Shown here: positions 1 through 11,521 of the stretch, piece by piece
Layout of the letters: each line of letters opens with the position of its first letter
Position numbering within the stretch: position 1 is the first letter of the stretch
Assembly (NCBI GenBank): GCA_963777955.1
Contig: CAVZSQ010000022.1
Coordinates: 544,001-608,000 of the forward strand
Direction of reading: 5' to 3'
DNA: 64,000 bases
Source of the DNA: Calditrichia bacterium
GTDB taxonomy: Bacteria > Calditrichota > Calditrichia > JAJRVZ01
The notes under the pieces: generated by a model
The model's database searches: none
What the model was told of the DNA's origin: nothing
What the model saw: the letters and a program-made list of their open reading frames with translations, nothing else
Made by a program: the position numbers and the translations under genes

Positions 1-377
1 GCGTATTTGTCGGATAAAAGTTTACTGACGGCCAGGATCGTAGCGATTTTAGTAAATTCGGATGGTTGTACACGCAGAAAACCAAAACTGAGCCAGCGTT
101 CTGCCCCCTGTCCGGCTTTGCCGATAAATATTACCAGTACCAGACCCACCAGGGATAATCCGTATAATATATAGGCCAGGCGGTGCAGAGACCGCATCGG
201 AACAAAACTCATTGTGATCAGAACAATAAGACCCAGTCCCACCCACAGTATCTGTTTGTAAAACAAACCGCTGGTTTCACCGGCTATTGTCTGGGTGGCA
301 CTGAAGATAACCACGATCCCGATCAGGACCAGCAGCAGCACCAGACCAAATGTTATATAATCATATTTCAATTTCAT
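1..377 (-). CDS. rodA: Rod shape-determining protein RodA (SEDS family), 5' part; frameshift near 270-300; runs off window
   Basis: Manual translation: ATG at 377 overlapping mrdA stop gives MKLKYDYITFGLVLLLVLIGIVVIFSAT; shifted frame continues FYKQILWVGLG...GAERWLSFGFLRVQPSEFTKIA (FtsW/RodA QPSE motif); lies downstream of mrdA. Confidence 0.9.
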   Translation of the reverse strand, partial: MKLKYDYITFGLVLLLVLIGIVVIFSATQTIAGETSGLFYKQILWVGLGLIVLITMSFVPMRSLHRLAYILYGLSLVGLVLVIFIGKAGQGAERWLSFGFLRVQPSEFTKIATILAVSKLLSDKY

Positions 378-2239
378 TGCAAGGAATCCTGTAGGGCGGT
401 TTCAGTATCCGTAGCATCCCGCTTAATGGGTGTATCTGCTTTTAATGAATCGCTTTTAACCGTATCTCTGGCGGCATGCACTCTGGGTAAAATCTGGTTA
501 TAAAAGAACTTCTCCAGGCATAAGCCTGCAATGGGTGCGGCAATTGCCCCGCCGCTCCCGCCATTTTCGATCAGCACAGCCATGGCGATTGCGGGATTGT
601 TGAGCGGAGCAAAGGTTATAAACCAGGCATGGTCATCACCATGCGGATTCTGTGCTGTACCTGTCTTTCCGGCAACCTGGATTCCCCGCACCGCAGCCTG
701 ACCACCGGTACCCCCGTTGACTACGTTAAACATGGCTGTCCTGATGAATTCAAATGTTTTCTCGGATATACCTTCAACGTGAGTGGTTTTAGTCGGGAAA
801 TAAATACGGGTGCTATTGACTTTATCATAAAGATAGTCGGTGATGTGGGGAGTATATGCGGTACCTTTATTCGCCAGGATCATGGCAAACTGGGCCATCT
901 GTAACGGGGTTGTCAATAATTCACCCTGGCCGATGGCCAGATTGGCCAGATTGCCCTTAGTCCAGCCGATGCGACCATAGCGTTTATTAAAATATTCAAC
1001 AGTTGGTACCAGACCTTTAGTCTCATTGGGCAGATCGATTCCGGTGGTCCGGCCAAAAAAGAATTTTTGCGAATATTCGGCCCAGACATCCAGACCAATC
1101 TTAAGTCCTAACTGATAGAAAAATACGTTACAGGAACCGCGAATTGCCTGGGGTAAACTTATGCGTCCGTGACCTTTGGCATTCCAGCATTTGATTACCT
1201 TGTTGCCCAGCCGGAAATATCCGGGACAGTACGCACTCCATTCGGGAGTTACGATATTTTCCTGCAGGGCAGCAATCGCCGCAACCAGTTTATAAGTTGA
1301 ACCGGGAGGATAGGTACTCTGGGTGACCCGGTTAAACAGCGGATGTGCGGGATCGCTCTGCAACTGATTCCAGACCTGCGGCGATATTTTCCCGGCCATA
1401 TCCCGCGGATCAAAATCAGGCTTTGAAACAAAAGCCAGTATCTTGCCGTTGCGGGGATCAATCGCGATAATGGCGCCACGCTTATCCACCATCAGTGACT
1501 CGGCAAATTGCTGGAATGAATAATCCAGAGTAAGAAAAATATCCATCCCGGGAATTGATTCGATATTGCGCTCAGAGTTAATCATACCCAGGTCGCGTCC
1601 CTCCGCATCGACCCCAACAAAATTCACACCTTTGACACCCCGTAAATTCTTATCATAAACAAGTTCCAGACCGGATTTACCGATCATTTCACCCGGCTCG
1701 AAATCACTCCTGCTTTGTGCTTCCCGGGGAGACACTTCACCTACGTAGCCAAAGATATGGGGCGAGTAGACACCGGCCGGATAAAAACGCTTGCTTTCAA
1801 CTTCCACCAGCACGCCCGGCAGGTCAAAACGGTCTTCTTCCAGTTTTATCAAGGTCTGGTAATTGACATCGTGTTCAATAATTACCGGGCGGAAACTGTT
1901 CCGTATTTTTATTTTTTCATTGATACCCGGCAGCGGCATGTCTAATAATTCGGATAACGACACCCGCGTCACATTGGAAAACTGACGCGGAATCGCTGAA
2001 ACCATGAAAGAGGGCCGGTTATCCACCAGTATCCGGCCGGTGCGGTCCCGTATGGTGCCGCGTACCGGATACTGCGTCAATTCCCGGACGCTGTTCTCCA
2101 TGGCAATGCGGTTATATTTTTCCCTGCTGGCGATCTGGATATTAAAAAATCCGTACGATAGCAGAATAAAGGCTAAGAGTACAACGGCATTGAAAATCAG
2201 TTTTTTCTGCTGGATCTGTTGACGGGTGATCTCGGCCAT
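374..2239 (-). CDS. mrdA: Penicillin-binding protein 2
   Basis: RGTIRDR dimerisation motif, SxxK (PGSTYK), SCN, KTGTAQ motifs; in mre operon. Confidence 0.95.
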   Translation of the reverse strand: MAEITRQQIQQKKLIFNAVVLLAFILLSYGFFNIQIASREKYNRIAMENSVRELTQYPVRGTIRDRTGRILVDNRPSFMVSAIPRQFSNVTRVSLSELLDMPLPGINEKIKIRNSFRPVIIEHDVNYQTLIKLEEDRFDLPGVLVEVESKRFYPAGVYSPHIFGYVGEVSPREAQSRSDFEPGEMIGKSGLELVYDKNLRGVKGVNFVGVDAEGRDLGMINSERNIESIPGMDIFLTLDYSFQQFAESLMVDKRGAIIAIDPRNGKILAFVSKPDFDPRDMAGKISPQVWNQLQSDPAHPLFNRVTQSTYPPGSTYKLVAAIAALQENIVTPEWSAYCPGYFRLGNKVIKCWNAKGHGRISLPQAIRGSCNVFFYQLGLKIGLDVWAEYSQKFFFGRTTGIDLPNETKGLVPTVEYFNKRYGRIGWTKGNLANLAIGQGELLTTPLQMAQFAMILANKGTAYTPHITDYLYDKVNSTRIYFPTKTTHVEGISEKTFEFIRTAMFNVVNGGTGGQAAVRGIQVAGKTGTAQNPHGDDHAWFITFAPLNNPAIAMAVLIENGGSGGAIAAPIAGLCLEKFFYNQILPRVHAARDTVKSDSLKADTPIKRDATDTETALQDSLQ

Positions 2240-2242
2240 ATT

Positions 2243-2728
2243 TCATTTCTCTTCCAAACTTGTTCTGAAAAAAATAGACAGAATCAGACCCAGGAGGAAA
2301 GTATAAACCGTATTGGGGAAAACACGGCTGTAAATAAGATGTCCATAGGTCACTTCGGATTTATACTGATAAACCAGATAAAAGATCAATCCATGACCCA
2401 GGATCAACAGCAAAGTGGCTACTATTCTGGCATTGAAGGCCAGTTTAAATTGTTTGACCTGTCCGGCACCAAATCCAATTATACAATTGGCCAGCGAACT
2501 TATACCAATCATTGGACTCACGGAATCCTGAAATATACCTATGATAAAACCAGTAAGTGTACCGGGGATGGCGCCATAGTACAGGCCAACGTAGATGACC
2601 AGCAATAAAATTAAATCCGGTCTCCAGACGCTGATCTCTATGATCGGTATAAAATATAATTGCAGAATAAAGGCGACCAGGCTAAGTAGCAGGATACGCC
2701 AATTGCTGTATCTTTTATCAAGGTGCAT
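2243..2728 (-). CDS. mreD: Rod shape-determining protein MreD
   Basis: Hydrophobic ~160 aa with 'RPDLILLLVIY' and 'GIFQD' motifs, between mreC and mrdA; ATG 2728 chosen. Confidence 0.9.
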   Translation of the reverse strand: MHLDKRYSNWRILLLSLVAFILQLYFIPIIEISVWRPDLILLLVIYVGLYYGAIPGTLTGFIIGIFQDSVSPMIGISSLANCIIGFGAGQVKQFKLAFNARIVATLLLILGHGLIFYLVYQYKSEVTYGHLIYSRVFPNTVYTFLLGLILSIFFRTSLEEK

Positions 2729-3518
2729 TGCCCGGAACCTCCTTGACAATGAACACCTCTTCCAGGCGATTAAAGTTTACAGCAGGTTGCACGGTGATAT
2801 CCAGGAACAGACCTTCCGTTGCTTTGGAAACATTAATTACCACACCGATTTTGATGTTTCCGGGGAAAATTTTGCTGTAACCGGAGGTAAGCACCACGTC
2901 TCCGGTCAAAACATCTATGGTTTTTGCTACGTACAGTAATTTCAGGTTTACTCCTCCGTCCCAGGCAATCACACCTAGTTCCCGGTTGCGCTGGATCTGG
3001 GCGCTGATCCTGCTGTTGCCGTCAAGTAATATCTGACAGATTGAGTTATACTCATCCACCTGGACAATCTGGCCCACCAGCCCTTCGGCGGTCAGGACCG
3101 CATCCCGTTTTTTGATATTACGATGCAGGCCTTCATTCAGGATAAGCCCGTTAAATATCTGATGAGGATTGAATCCGGTAACTTCGGCAGCAATCAACTG
3201 AAAAGTCGAACGTTCTTTAAACTCCAGCAATTTACGTAAGCGGATATTTTCGAGGAAAGCATCCTGCAATTGCATGTTCTTACCGGCCAGATCCATATTC
3301 TGGCGATGCAAGCGGGTTAGTTCGTCTTTCAGGTCAAAATAAGAATCGATTTTAAAAAAGTAACCGCTGACCAGGCCAACACTGTTGTAAACCAGATACC
3401 GAAAAGGATTGCCCGGATCATGATCGGAATAAATGATTAAGCAAAAGGAGAGAAACAGACAGATAGCCAGTATGAGTGCATCACGAAATCCCCCGATGAA
3501 ATTCAGAAATTTGATCAA
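2718..3518 (-). CDS. mreC: Rod shape-determining protein MreC
   Basis: N-terminal TM, coiled coil 'ENIRLRKLL', 'GLVGQI', 'GDVVLTSG..IFP'. Confidence 0.93.
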   Translation of the reverse strand: MIKFLNFIGGFRDALILAICLFLSFCLIIYSDHDPGNPFRYLVYNSVGLVSGYFFKIDSYFDLKDELTRLHRQNMDLAGKNMQLQDAFLENIRLRKLLEFKERSTFQLIAAEVTGFNPHQIFNGLILNEGLHRNIKKRDAVLTAEGLVGQIVQVDEYNSICQILLDGNSRISAQIQRNRELGVIAWDGGVNLKLLYVAKTIDVLTGDVVLTSGYSKIFPGNIKIGVVINVSKATEGLFLDITVQPAVNFNRLEEVFIVKEVPGNAP

Positions 3519-3546
3519 GCTGCTCTACTCACGGGTTATGAATTAC

Positions 3547-4578
3547 TCAGGTGCGCCGTTGTTTCAGTAATACTTTTTCGTATATCTCAAAGTTTTCCAG
3601 AATTTTGCCGCAGCCACGTACCACGCAGGTCAGGGGATCTTCAGCGATATGTATGGGCAGCGAAGTATCTTCACGCATCCGCGCATCAAGATTTTTTAAC
3701 AAGGCCCCGCCGCCGGTTAAAACAATACCACGATCCAGAATATCCGAGGCGAGTTCGGGGGGTGTACGTTCCAGTGATAGTTTTACTGCTTCAATGATGG
3801 TTTGGATGCATTCATCCAGAGCTTCGCGGATCTCCACCGAGGTTATTTCGATTGTCTTGGGAATACCATCCACCAGGTCCCGTCCTTTTACTTCTGTTTT
3901 TATTTCTTCGGCCAAAGGCATGGCAGAACCGATAGTGCATTTAATCAGTTCGGCAGTCTTCTCACCGATCAACAGGTTATAATTCTTTTTAAAGAACTGC
4001 ATGATCGCCTGGTTCATCTCATCACCAGCGACACGAATCGAGGCATGTTCCACAATGCCGTTCAGTGAAATCACGGCGATCTCGGAAGTACCGCCGCCGA
4101 TATCGACAATCATGTTTCCAATCGGGGCGCTGATATCGAGACCCACACCGATTGCCGAGGCCATGGCTTCGGCGACCAGATGAACTTCACGTGCTCCGGC
4201 GCGTTCCGCCGAATCCCGCACGGCCCGCTTTTCGACTTCGGTAATGCCGGAAGGAACATCGATGACGATTCGGCCGATGAACATCCGGTTTATATTAGCT
4301 TTCTTGATCAATTCACGGATCATGATTTCGGTGGCTTCAAAATCAGCAATAACCCCATCCTTCAGAGGACGAATAGTAACGATGTTTTTATGAGTCCGTC
4401 CCAGCATCTCCCGTGCTTCATTTCCGATAGCCACCACTTTGTCGGTTTCCCCTTCCAGGGCAATAATCGAAGGTTCGTTGACCACGATTCCTTTACCGGT
4501 AACATAAATCAGGGAATTAGCGGTTCCCAGATCGATACCGAGATCAGTCGATAACAGGTTGAGAAATTTAAAAGACAT
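3547..4578 (-). CDS. mreB: Actin-like protein MreB
   Basis: DLGTAN, DIGGGT, LTGGGALL actin-fold motifs. Confidence 0.97.
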   Translation of the reverse strand: MSFKFLNLLSTDLGIDLGTANSLIYVTGKGIVVNEPSIIALEGETDKVVAIGNEAREMLGRTHKNIVTIRPLKDGVIADFEATEIMIRELIKKANINRMFIGRIVIDVPSGITEVEKRAVRDSAERAGAREVHLVAEAMASAIGVGLDISAPIGNMIVDIGGGTSEIAVISLNGIVEHASIRVAGDEMNQAIMQFFKKNYNLLIGEKTAELIKCTIGSAMPLAEEIKTEVKGRDLVDGIPKTIEITSVEIREALDECIQTIIEAVKLSLERTPPELASDILDRGIVLTGGGALLKNLDARMREDTSLPIHIAEDPLTCVVRGCGKILENFEIYEKVLLKQRRT

Positions 4579-4604
4579 AATTTTATTCTCCGCGATATAA
4601 TATT

Positions 4605-6156
4605 TTAATGTTTAAAATGCCGGACACCGGTAAAGACCATGGCCAGCTGGTGCTCATCAGCAGCCTGAATAACTTCCGGATCCCGCACTGAGCCCCCGGG
4701 CTGGGCAATGGCGGTGACGCCTGCTGCTGCCAGTGTATCCAGGCCGTCACGGAATGGAAAATATGCATCGGATCCAGCTACCGTTCCCCGCGTATCATGA
4801 TTTTCTTTTTTTGCTTTAGTGATAGCTAATTCGGCAGAGTCAACTCTGGACATCTGCCCGGCACCGACCCCGATCATCTGTTGTCCCTTGACCAGAACAA
4901 TGGCATTGGAATGGACATGCTTGGTCATGGTCCAGGCAAATTGCAGTGATTTCCATTCCTCTTTATTCGGTGCTCTTTTAGTCACGACTTTAGCCTGGTT
5001 TATATCAAAATTAACATTATCAAAAGATTGGAGCAGGAATCCCTCACGTACCGTACGCAGTTGCAATTTTGATTCGGCCGATAATCCCGGAGTATAGCGG
5101 ATCAGGCGCAGATTTTTCTTTTTGGTCAATAGAACCAGTGCTTCCTGATCGAATTCCGGTGCCAGAATACATTCCAGGAATGGTCCGGCTAATTCTTTGG
5201 CCAGCAGGGCATCAACCGGACGATTGAATCCAACGATTCCTCCGAAAGCAGAAACGGGATCGGAAGCAAATGCTTTTTTATAACTGTTCAGCAGTGAATC
5301 CGCCATGGCGGCACCGCAGGGATTATTATGCTTGATAATTACGGTTGCCGGTTCCTGCAATTCTTCGATCATATTCAGGACCGCATCCAGATCAAGAATA
5401 TTATTGTAAGATAATTCTTTACCGTGTAATTGCTCAAAATTATTCAAGGCTTTATTTCTGGCGGAACCATAGAAAGCAGCCTGTTGATGCGGATTTTCAC
5501 CGTAGCGTAAATCCTGCAACTTGATACCCTGAATGGTGATTTCCCGGGGAAAGGACTCAGCGTTTTTCTGCTGCTGGCGAAGATATCCGGCAATCAGGGA
5601 ATCATAACGAGAGACATGCTGAAAAACCCGCAGGGCGCACCGGGCCCGGAACTCGGCAGAGGTGTCCAGGTCATGCAGTATCCATTTCTTTGATCAAGTC
5701 AGCATACTGATCGGGATCAACCACAACCGTCGTATCGGCATGATTTTTCGCAGCAGCCCGTAATAAGGATGGACCGCCGATATCGATTTTTTCGATCGCC
5801 TGGGCCAGGGTGCAGCCCGGCTGACTGACCGTATCTTCGAAAGGATATAAATTTACCACGACCAGATCGATTGGGATTATTTGTTGTTTCTGCAGTTGGG
5901 CCAGATGTTCCGGAATCCGTTTGGCCAGGATTCCGGCGAAGATGACAGGATGCAGTGTTTTAACCCGGCCATCCAGAATCTCCGGGAATCCGGTCAGGTC
6001 GGAGATAGGCCTGGATTCTATCTGATTATCCTCCAGAATTTTCTGGGTGCCGCCGGATGAAATCAGTTCGACACCCCGCTGGCGCAAGGCCTGAGCGAGT
6101 TCGATGAGACCTTCTTTATTATATACGCTCAGTAATGCACGTTTAATTTTGGCCAC
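4605..6156 (-). CDS. purH: Bifunctional AICAR transformylase/IMP cyclohydrolase, split by a frameshift near 5675
   Basis: N-part [21 protein letters not shown]-part [36 protein letters not shown]; the gap reads [26 protein letters not shown] in the downstream frame. Confidence 0.95.
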
Positions 6157-6790
6157 TTGTTTCTTCTCCTATGATGTGGATGCGCAGTCCCTGAATGCTC
6201 AGCCTGTCTTCGACCAGCAGTTTTACCGCTTGTGCATAAATTTTATGTTCAATTTCAAGTACCCTGGCTGCAATTTCATCCGCGGAATTAAGGTCATCAA
6301 TGGCCACGCACTGTTGCAAAACGATCGGTCCGGCATCGTATTCACTGTTGACCAGATGCACGGTAACTCCGCTGACCCTCGCTCCGCTCTCGAGCACTGC
6401 CTGATGAACGTGATGTCCATACATACCTTTCCCGCCGAAAGCGGGCAGCAAAGCCGGATGAATATTGATAATCCGGTTGGGATAGGCAGCAATGATCTGC
6501 CTGCCGATCAATTTCAGGTATCCGGCCAGAACAATATAATCCACTTTGGCAGATAACAATTCCTTTAAAATAGCATCATTAAAGCCCGTGCTATCAGGGA
6601 AGTTTTTCGGTACAATGATACAGACAGGGATATGATTCGATTTGGCAATATCTATCACCCCGGCAGCAGGATTATTGGTAAGGCATAACACGACATCTGC
6701 TGGTATGAAACCACTTTGAATATGATCCAGAATCGCCCGAAAATTACTCCCGCGTCCAGAAGCAAAAACCGCTAATCGTTTCTTCTCCAT
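6143..6790 (-). CDS. purN: Phosphoribosylglycinamide formyltransferase
   Basis: FASGRGSNF, NIHPALLP, GVTVHLV..EYDAGPI. Confidence 0.96.
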   Translation of the reverse strand: MEKKRLAVFASGRGSNFRAILDHIQSGFIPADVVLCLTNNPAAGVIDIAKSNHIPVCIIVPKNFPDSTGFNDAILKELLSAKVDYIVLAGYLKLIGRQIIAAYPNRIINIHPALLPAFGGKGMYGHHVHQAVLESGARVSGVTVHLVNSEYDAGPIVLQQCVAIDDLNSADEIAARVLEIEHKIYAQAVKLLVEDRLSIQGLRIHIIGEETSGQN

Positions 6791-6907
6791 CTACACTCAT
6801 TAAATAAGTTCTTAATTTAATTTACTTTATGAATTCATACAATAGAAAATTGGTCCAGTCGATTTAAAAATAATTAAAGTCCTGATTCGCCGGCAGGCGG
6901 GTTTGAA

Positions 6908-7843
6908 TCATGTCACTGAAACTGAAAACTCAAACGGATTAGCCAGCGATAATTTTGTCGCGGATGTATCCAGTGCAGCTGCCACGCCCAGCGGCATGGT
7001 AAATATGTCATCTCCGTGCCCGTAAGGAAAATCAAGGAGTACCGGAAAGCCGGCTTTGGCAAAATAGTGTTCAAATATTTCCAGCAGTGAGAAAGAGACC
7101 TCGTCCTGAGCAGGTTTGCAATCGAGGAATTCTCCCAGGATTAAACCGCTTATTTGCTCGAAAACGCCTGCCTGCTGCAGATGAGCCAGATAACGGTCGA
7201 TGCGGTATGGTTTTTCTCCGGTATCTTCGAGGAACAGAATCGCTCCATGATAATCGGGACTGTACGGCGTGCCCAGCAGTGTGGTTACCAGAGCAAGACA
7301 TCCGCCCAATAACCTGCCTGTGGCCTGGCCTGGTTTAAAGACAACAGTTTTAGAAGTGGAGAAATCAAAATCATATTCCGGTCCGGTATTCAGCAATTGA
7401 GCCCAAAAATGTTGTTCAGTGAATGGGGAGATACCTTTGCCCATCTCGACAGCCAGCATCGGTCCGGAGAATGATGGTACAGCTGCCCTGGCCCAAATAG
7501 CCAGTTGTAAGGTAGTGATATCACTGTACCCGATCAGCGGTTTTGCATTTTCGCGGATCAGATTGTAGTTCAATCGGTCGACCAGGCGTAGTCCACCCCA
7601 GCCGCCGCGGGTACACAGGATCAGATCCACGTCGCGGTCACGGTACATCGCGTGCAGATCCGTCAGCCGTTCTTCGTCTGTACCGGCAAAATAACCGTGC
7701 GGCTTGCACAGATATTGTCCTGGTTTTATTCTGAAATCCCGTTGCTGCAAATATTCGATGCCACTTTGTAAACGCTCGGCCCTGGGGGAATAGGCGGGTG
7801 AGACGATGCCAAAGGTAGCCTGACTGGATAATCTGCGAAACAT
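6908..7843 (-). CDS. ldcA: LD-carboxypeptidase (peptidase S66)
   Basis: RGGWG, GYSDIT (catalytic Ser), LFLED, GHG motifs. Confidence 0.88.
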   Translation of the reverse strand: MFRRLSSQATFGIVSPAYSPRAERLQSGIEYLQQRDFRIKPGQYLCKPHGYFAGTDEERLTDLHAMYRDRDVDLILCTRGGWGGLRLVDRLNYNLIRENAKPLIGYSDITTLQLAIWARAAVPSFSGPMLAVEMGKGISPFTEQHFWAQLLNTGPEYDFDFSTSKTVVFKPGQATGRLLGGCLALVTTLLGTPYSPDYHGAILFLEDTGEKPYRIDRYLAHLQQAGVFEQISGLILGEFLDCKPAQDEVSFSLLEIFEHYFAKAGFPVLLDFPYGHGDDIFTMPLGVAAALDTSATKLSLANPFEFSVSVT

Positions 7844-8097
7844 ACAGTATTGCTCCCGGAATCAGTAAGACCAGACCGGCAAGAGAACCGGCGTCATTTA
7901 AATAATTTATTTTTAAATTCTAGGTAACTGTCGATAAATATAATACTAATTATTTCAGGATCAAAAATAGAAATCGGTCGTATATTTCGCGGAATACCGG
8001 AGTATAAAACAGTGTTTACATAATTGGGTCGAATGGCGGATGGCGGATATAATGTAACATACCTCAGGCTGACCCTTATAAAGGCAGGGATTGATCA

Positions 8098-8748
8098 ATG
8101 AAAATCGGAATTATCGGTGCCGGAAATATCGGGGGAACGTTAGGTACTCTGTGGCTAAGCAGGGGACATAATGTGCTTTTCGGAGTTCGTGATAAAAATA
8201 ATCCAAAAGTGCAGGCAATTCTGAATTCACCGGACCGTCAGGTGCGCGAAGCGCACGAAGCGCGCCTGGGCTCGGTCAGCGAGGCTTGTGATTTCGGAAC
8301 AGTAATTCTTTTAGCCGTACCCTGGCCGGCGGTAGCAGAAGTCCTCCGGGCGGCACCTGATCTGCAGAATAAGATTCTGATTGATTGCACCAATCCGCTT
8401 GGCCCGGGATTGAGCGGCCTGGCTATCGGTTTCAGCACTTCAGCAGCTGAGGAAATTGCCCGGATGGCCAGAGGGGCCAGGGTAGTGAAGGCCTTCAATA
8501 CCCTGGGATCAGGAAATTTAAATGATTTATCTTTTGGTTCCCTGCAGGCTGATACCTTCATCTGCGGCGACGATAGCGAGGCAAAAAATATTGTAAAAAA
8601 ATTGGCCGAAGATATCGGATTCAATGTGGTGGATAGCGGCCCGCTGACCCAGGCCCGTTTGCTGGAACCGCTGGCCATGCTCTGGATCTCCCTGGCCTAT
8701 CGCTATGGGTATGGACCTGATATCGCGATCAAGTTGTTGAAACGATAA
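8098..8748 (+). CDS. NADP-dependent oxidoreductase, F420-dependent NADP reductase-like family
   Basis: GAGNIG Rossmann motif, IDCTNP, VVKAFNT, CGDD. Confidence 0.85.
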   Translation: MKIGIIGAGNIGGTLGTLWLSRGHNVLFGVRDKNNPKVQAILNSPDRQVREAHEARLGSVSEACDFGTVILLAVPWPAVAEVLRAAPDLQNKILIDCTNPLGPGLSGLAIGFSTSAAEEIARMARGARVVKAFNTLGSGNLNDLSFGSLQADTFICGDDSEAKNIVKKLAEDIGFNVVDSGPLTQARLLEPLAMLWISLAYRYGYGPDIAIKLLKR

Positions 8749-8800
8749 GCGCAGTAAAATAACAGCTGGCGCAACAGAACATGCAACACACGGCGGAATA

Positions 8801-10019
8801 ATGATCTATAGAATGATAGCATTTTTTATAATATTTACACTGGTCATTGCGCTGATCTATTTTTATATCTATCGCAGGTTGATTAAACCGCTGCAAATTC
8901 CCCGGAACTATAAACGGCTATTATGGATCTATATGTTGTTGACGCCCCTGTTGACCCCTCTTCCTTTTATATTACGATCGGGTGTGCTGGACAGAGACTG
9001 GGCGGGGGGTATGGCCTGGTTCGTCTATATCAACCTGGGATTTTTCTCTCTGGTTCTGGTACTGCTGGTCATGCGTGATCTGGGCCTCGGCCTTCATTCC
9101 CTCTATAAATACCTGACCGCGTGGTGGTCCGCAAAGCGAAAAAATAATTCTGTCGCCAGGCCAACCCCGGCATACAGTCCTGCGCGCCGCCAGTTCCTGA
9201 TGAACTCGGTAAATCTGGGAATTTTCGGGACGGCCGCGATCCTGAGCGGTTATGGATTGTATGAAGCCCGGCGCCGGCCTGTTTTGGAGGAGATCGAAGT
9301 ACCCATTGTCAATCTGCCCGCGGAATTCCTTAATTTCAGAATTGCTCAGTTCAGCGATGTTCATGTTGGTCCAACGATTAAACGCCGTTTTGTCGAATCG
9401 GTAGTGAATCAAATAAATCAACTGCAGCCCGATCTGATCGTCTGCACCGGCGATATGGTGGATGGCACGGTGGCGGAGTTAAGAAATGATGTTGAAGCCG
9501 CTCAAAGACCTGGACGCGCCCAGGGGAGTATTTTTTATTACCGGTAATCATGAATATTATTCCGGCGTCGAACCATGGCTCGACGAAATGCAACGGTTAG
9601 GCCTGACTGTTTTGCTCAATGACCACCGCTTGCTGGAGCAGCAAAACAGTAAAATCGTTATTGCCGGTGTTACTGATTATTCAGCGGGTCAATTTATACC
9701 CGCTCATGCTTCTGATCCGCACAAGGCAATACAGGGAGCCGAAGCGGTACCGGTGAAAATTCTACTGGCCCATCAGCCGCGGAATATCTTTGCCGCTGCC
9801 TCGGCGGGATATGATCTGCAAATCTCCGGACATACGCACGGGGGGCAATACCTGCCCTGGAAATATCTGGTGACGCTCAACCAGCCTTATATTGCCGGAC
9901 TGCATCGCCATGAGCATACCTGGATTTATGTCAATCGCGGTACCGGTTACTGGGGTCCGCCGTTACGTCTGGGTGTGCCTTCAGAAATAACTCTTTTCAA
10001 ACTTGTATCTGCTACATGA
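8801..10019 (+). CDS. Membrane-anchored metallophosphoesterase (YkuE/YaeI-like), frameshift near 9495
   Basis: N-terminal TM helices; SDVH, TGDMVD, GNHE, AHQP, SGHTHGGQ calcineurin-like motifs across two ORFs. Confidence 0.88.
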
Positions 10020-10093
10020 TATTTTTATATACTCGACGATAATATTTTCGTAATTTCATTCGCAGTTAGTTCAAACTCATCCTGAAATGTTCC

Positions 10094-10849
10094 ATGAACA
10101 AGAACATTCTAATAATAATAGCACTGGTGGTGCTGGTAACTGCCGCAGGATTGCTGTATCAGCAGCCCTGCGGTTGGTTTAATATTTTCAGGGCAACTGC
10201 TCCCGACTATGGTCCGTCGACAATTTTGATTGAAAAAGCAGATCGTTTTATCCGGCAGGACCGGCTGGATTCGGCCGGCCATTATCTGGATCAGATCATT
10301 GCCCCGGGCAATGATTCTATAATCAGTTCCCGCTTGCTGGATACGGCTCAGGCCTTGCGCTGGCAAATCAGACAAATCGGTATGCTCGATACCGGGAACC
10401 TATATATCGGAGTTTTATTAAATATGGCCGACCAGGAATATGAGGATTTTTTAAATCGAAAATTTCAAAAAAAATATCTCGGTCATCCCGAATTAAATAA
10501 ACTGTTTTTAAAAAAATTGTACTCAAAAAATCAAAACTGGGATCAGGCCGGCAGCGGATCAGAAACTCCGGCGGCAGGTTCAACTCCGGACGAAACAGCG
10601 CAAGCCATAAACCTGCGCAAAGAATTTGCCGGGACAATAAAGAATTCATTTTCAACTTTAGGGTTTGACATTGCCGTCGAGATAACCGGAATAAACAATA
10701 CCAAATTGATCTTATCCGCAGCCGAGTTCGATGACAGTTGGTTTGAAAAATTTGAAAGCGACTCGGCCATGGCGGATTGGCATAATCTGGGATTCCAGCA
10801 GATCGAAATCAGGGGTGATTCGGGTTATTTTAAAGTCAAGACCTGGTGA
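10094..10849 (+). CDS. Hypothetical membrane-anchored protein
   Basis: 251 aa ORF with N-terminal hydrophobic anchor; no recognised motif. Confidence 0.6.
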   Translation: MNKNILIIIALVVLVTAAGLLYQQPCGWFNIFRATAPDYGPSTILIEKADRFIRQDRLDSAGHYLDQIIAPGNDSIISSRLLDTAQALRWQIRQIGMLDTGNLYIGVLLNMADQEYEDFLNRKFQKKYLGHPELNKLFLKKLYSKNQNWDQAGSGSETPAAGSTPDETAQAINLRKEFAGTIKNSFSTLGFDIAVEITGINNTKLILSAAEFDDSWFEKFESDSAMADWHNLGFQQIEIRGDSGYFKVKTW

Positions 10850-10971
10850 ACCGTTTTTTACCAACATATATGACTATCGGGAGATTGAGATCATTTTTCG
10901 CCATAGCCCCGGTCAGAGTTATAGATTTTAAAATCGTTTCGGTACTACTAATATAGAGGCATGATACAGCA

Positions 10972-11349
10972 ATGGAAAACTATCATGAAAAAAGAAAATT
11001 TAAACGTGCATTATTCACTTCGGATGATAAGGTCATTGGTCTTTTCACCCTGGCCCGCCGGCCTGAAAAAATCATTACCGGGACAGTGCTCAATCTGAGC
11101 CTGGGGGGAATCTATTTCACCATTGATGCCAACCGGGCTATCATTCCTGTGACCGGCGATCAAATTGTACTGATGCAAATTAAAGCTCCGCAGTCACTCA
11201 GTTTTTTAGTAAATATTGACGCGGAAATAAAATGGGTATTCGGTCCTGAAATGTTAAAATTTATCGGTGTGGGATGTGAATTTATTAATATACCGGAATT
11301 AAGCAGGAAACAATTAAACAACTTTGTAGACGATTGGCATGAAAAATAA
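10972..11349 (+). CDS. Single-domain PilZ protein (putative c-di-GMP receptor)
   Basis: EKRKFKR (RxxxR) and NLSLGG (D/NxSxxG) motifs, 'GCEF'. Confidence 0.85.
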   Translation: MENYHEKRKFKRALFTSDDKVIGLFTLARRPEKIITGTVLNLSLGGIYFTIDANRAIIPVTGDQIVLMQIKAPQSLSFLVNIDAEIKWVFGPEMLKFIGVGCEFINIPELSRKQLNNFVDDWHEK

Positions 11350-11521
11350 ATTGAATGATAGGATGATAATTTATATATTCGAAAAATTCTGCATGATCGT
11401 TATCTCGGCAGATGGTTACTACCCATTGGGATCATAGGTCAGGTGACCGATTTTACTGAATCGGCAGGGTAAAGTTTGTGTAATCTTGCTTTTTTTATAG
11501 TTGAATAATCAGGAGGCTTGA

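Noticed and set aside
9180..9260. Twin-arginine-like ARRQFL motif in the phosphoesterase as a separate Tat protein
   Set aside because: It is internal, after three TM helices, and is a common feature of this membrane phosphoesterase family.
10850..10971. c-di-GMP riboswitch upstream of the PilZ gene
   Set aside because: No GEMM-type GCAAA/GAAA core motifs recognised.
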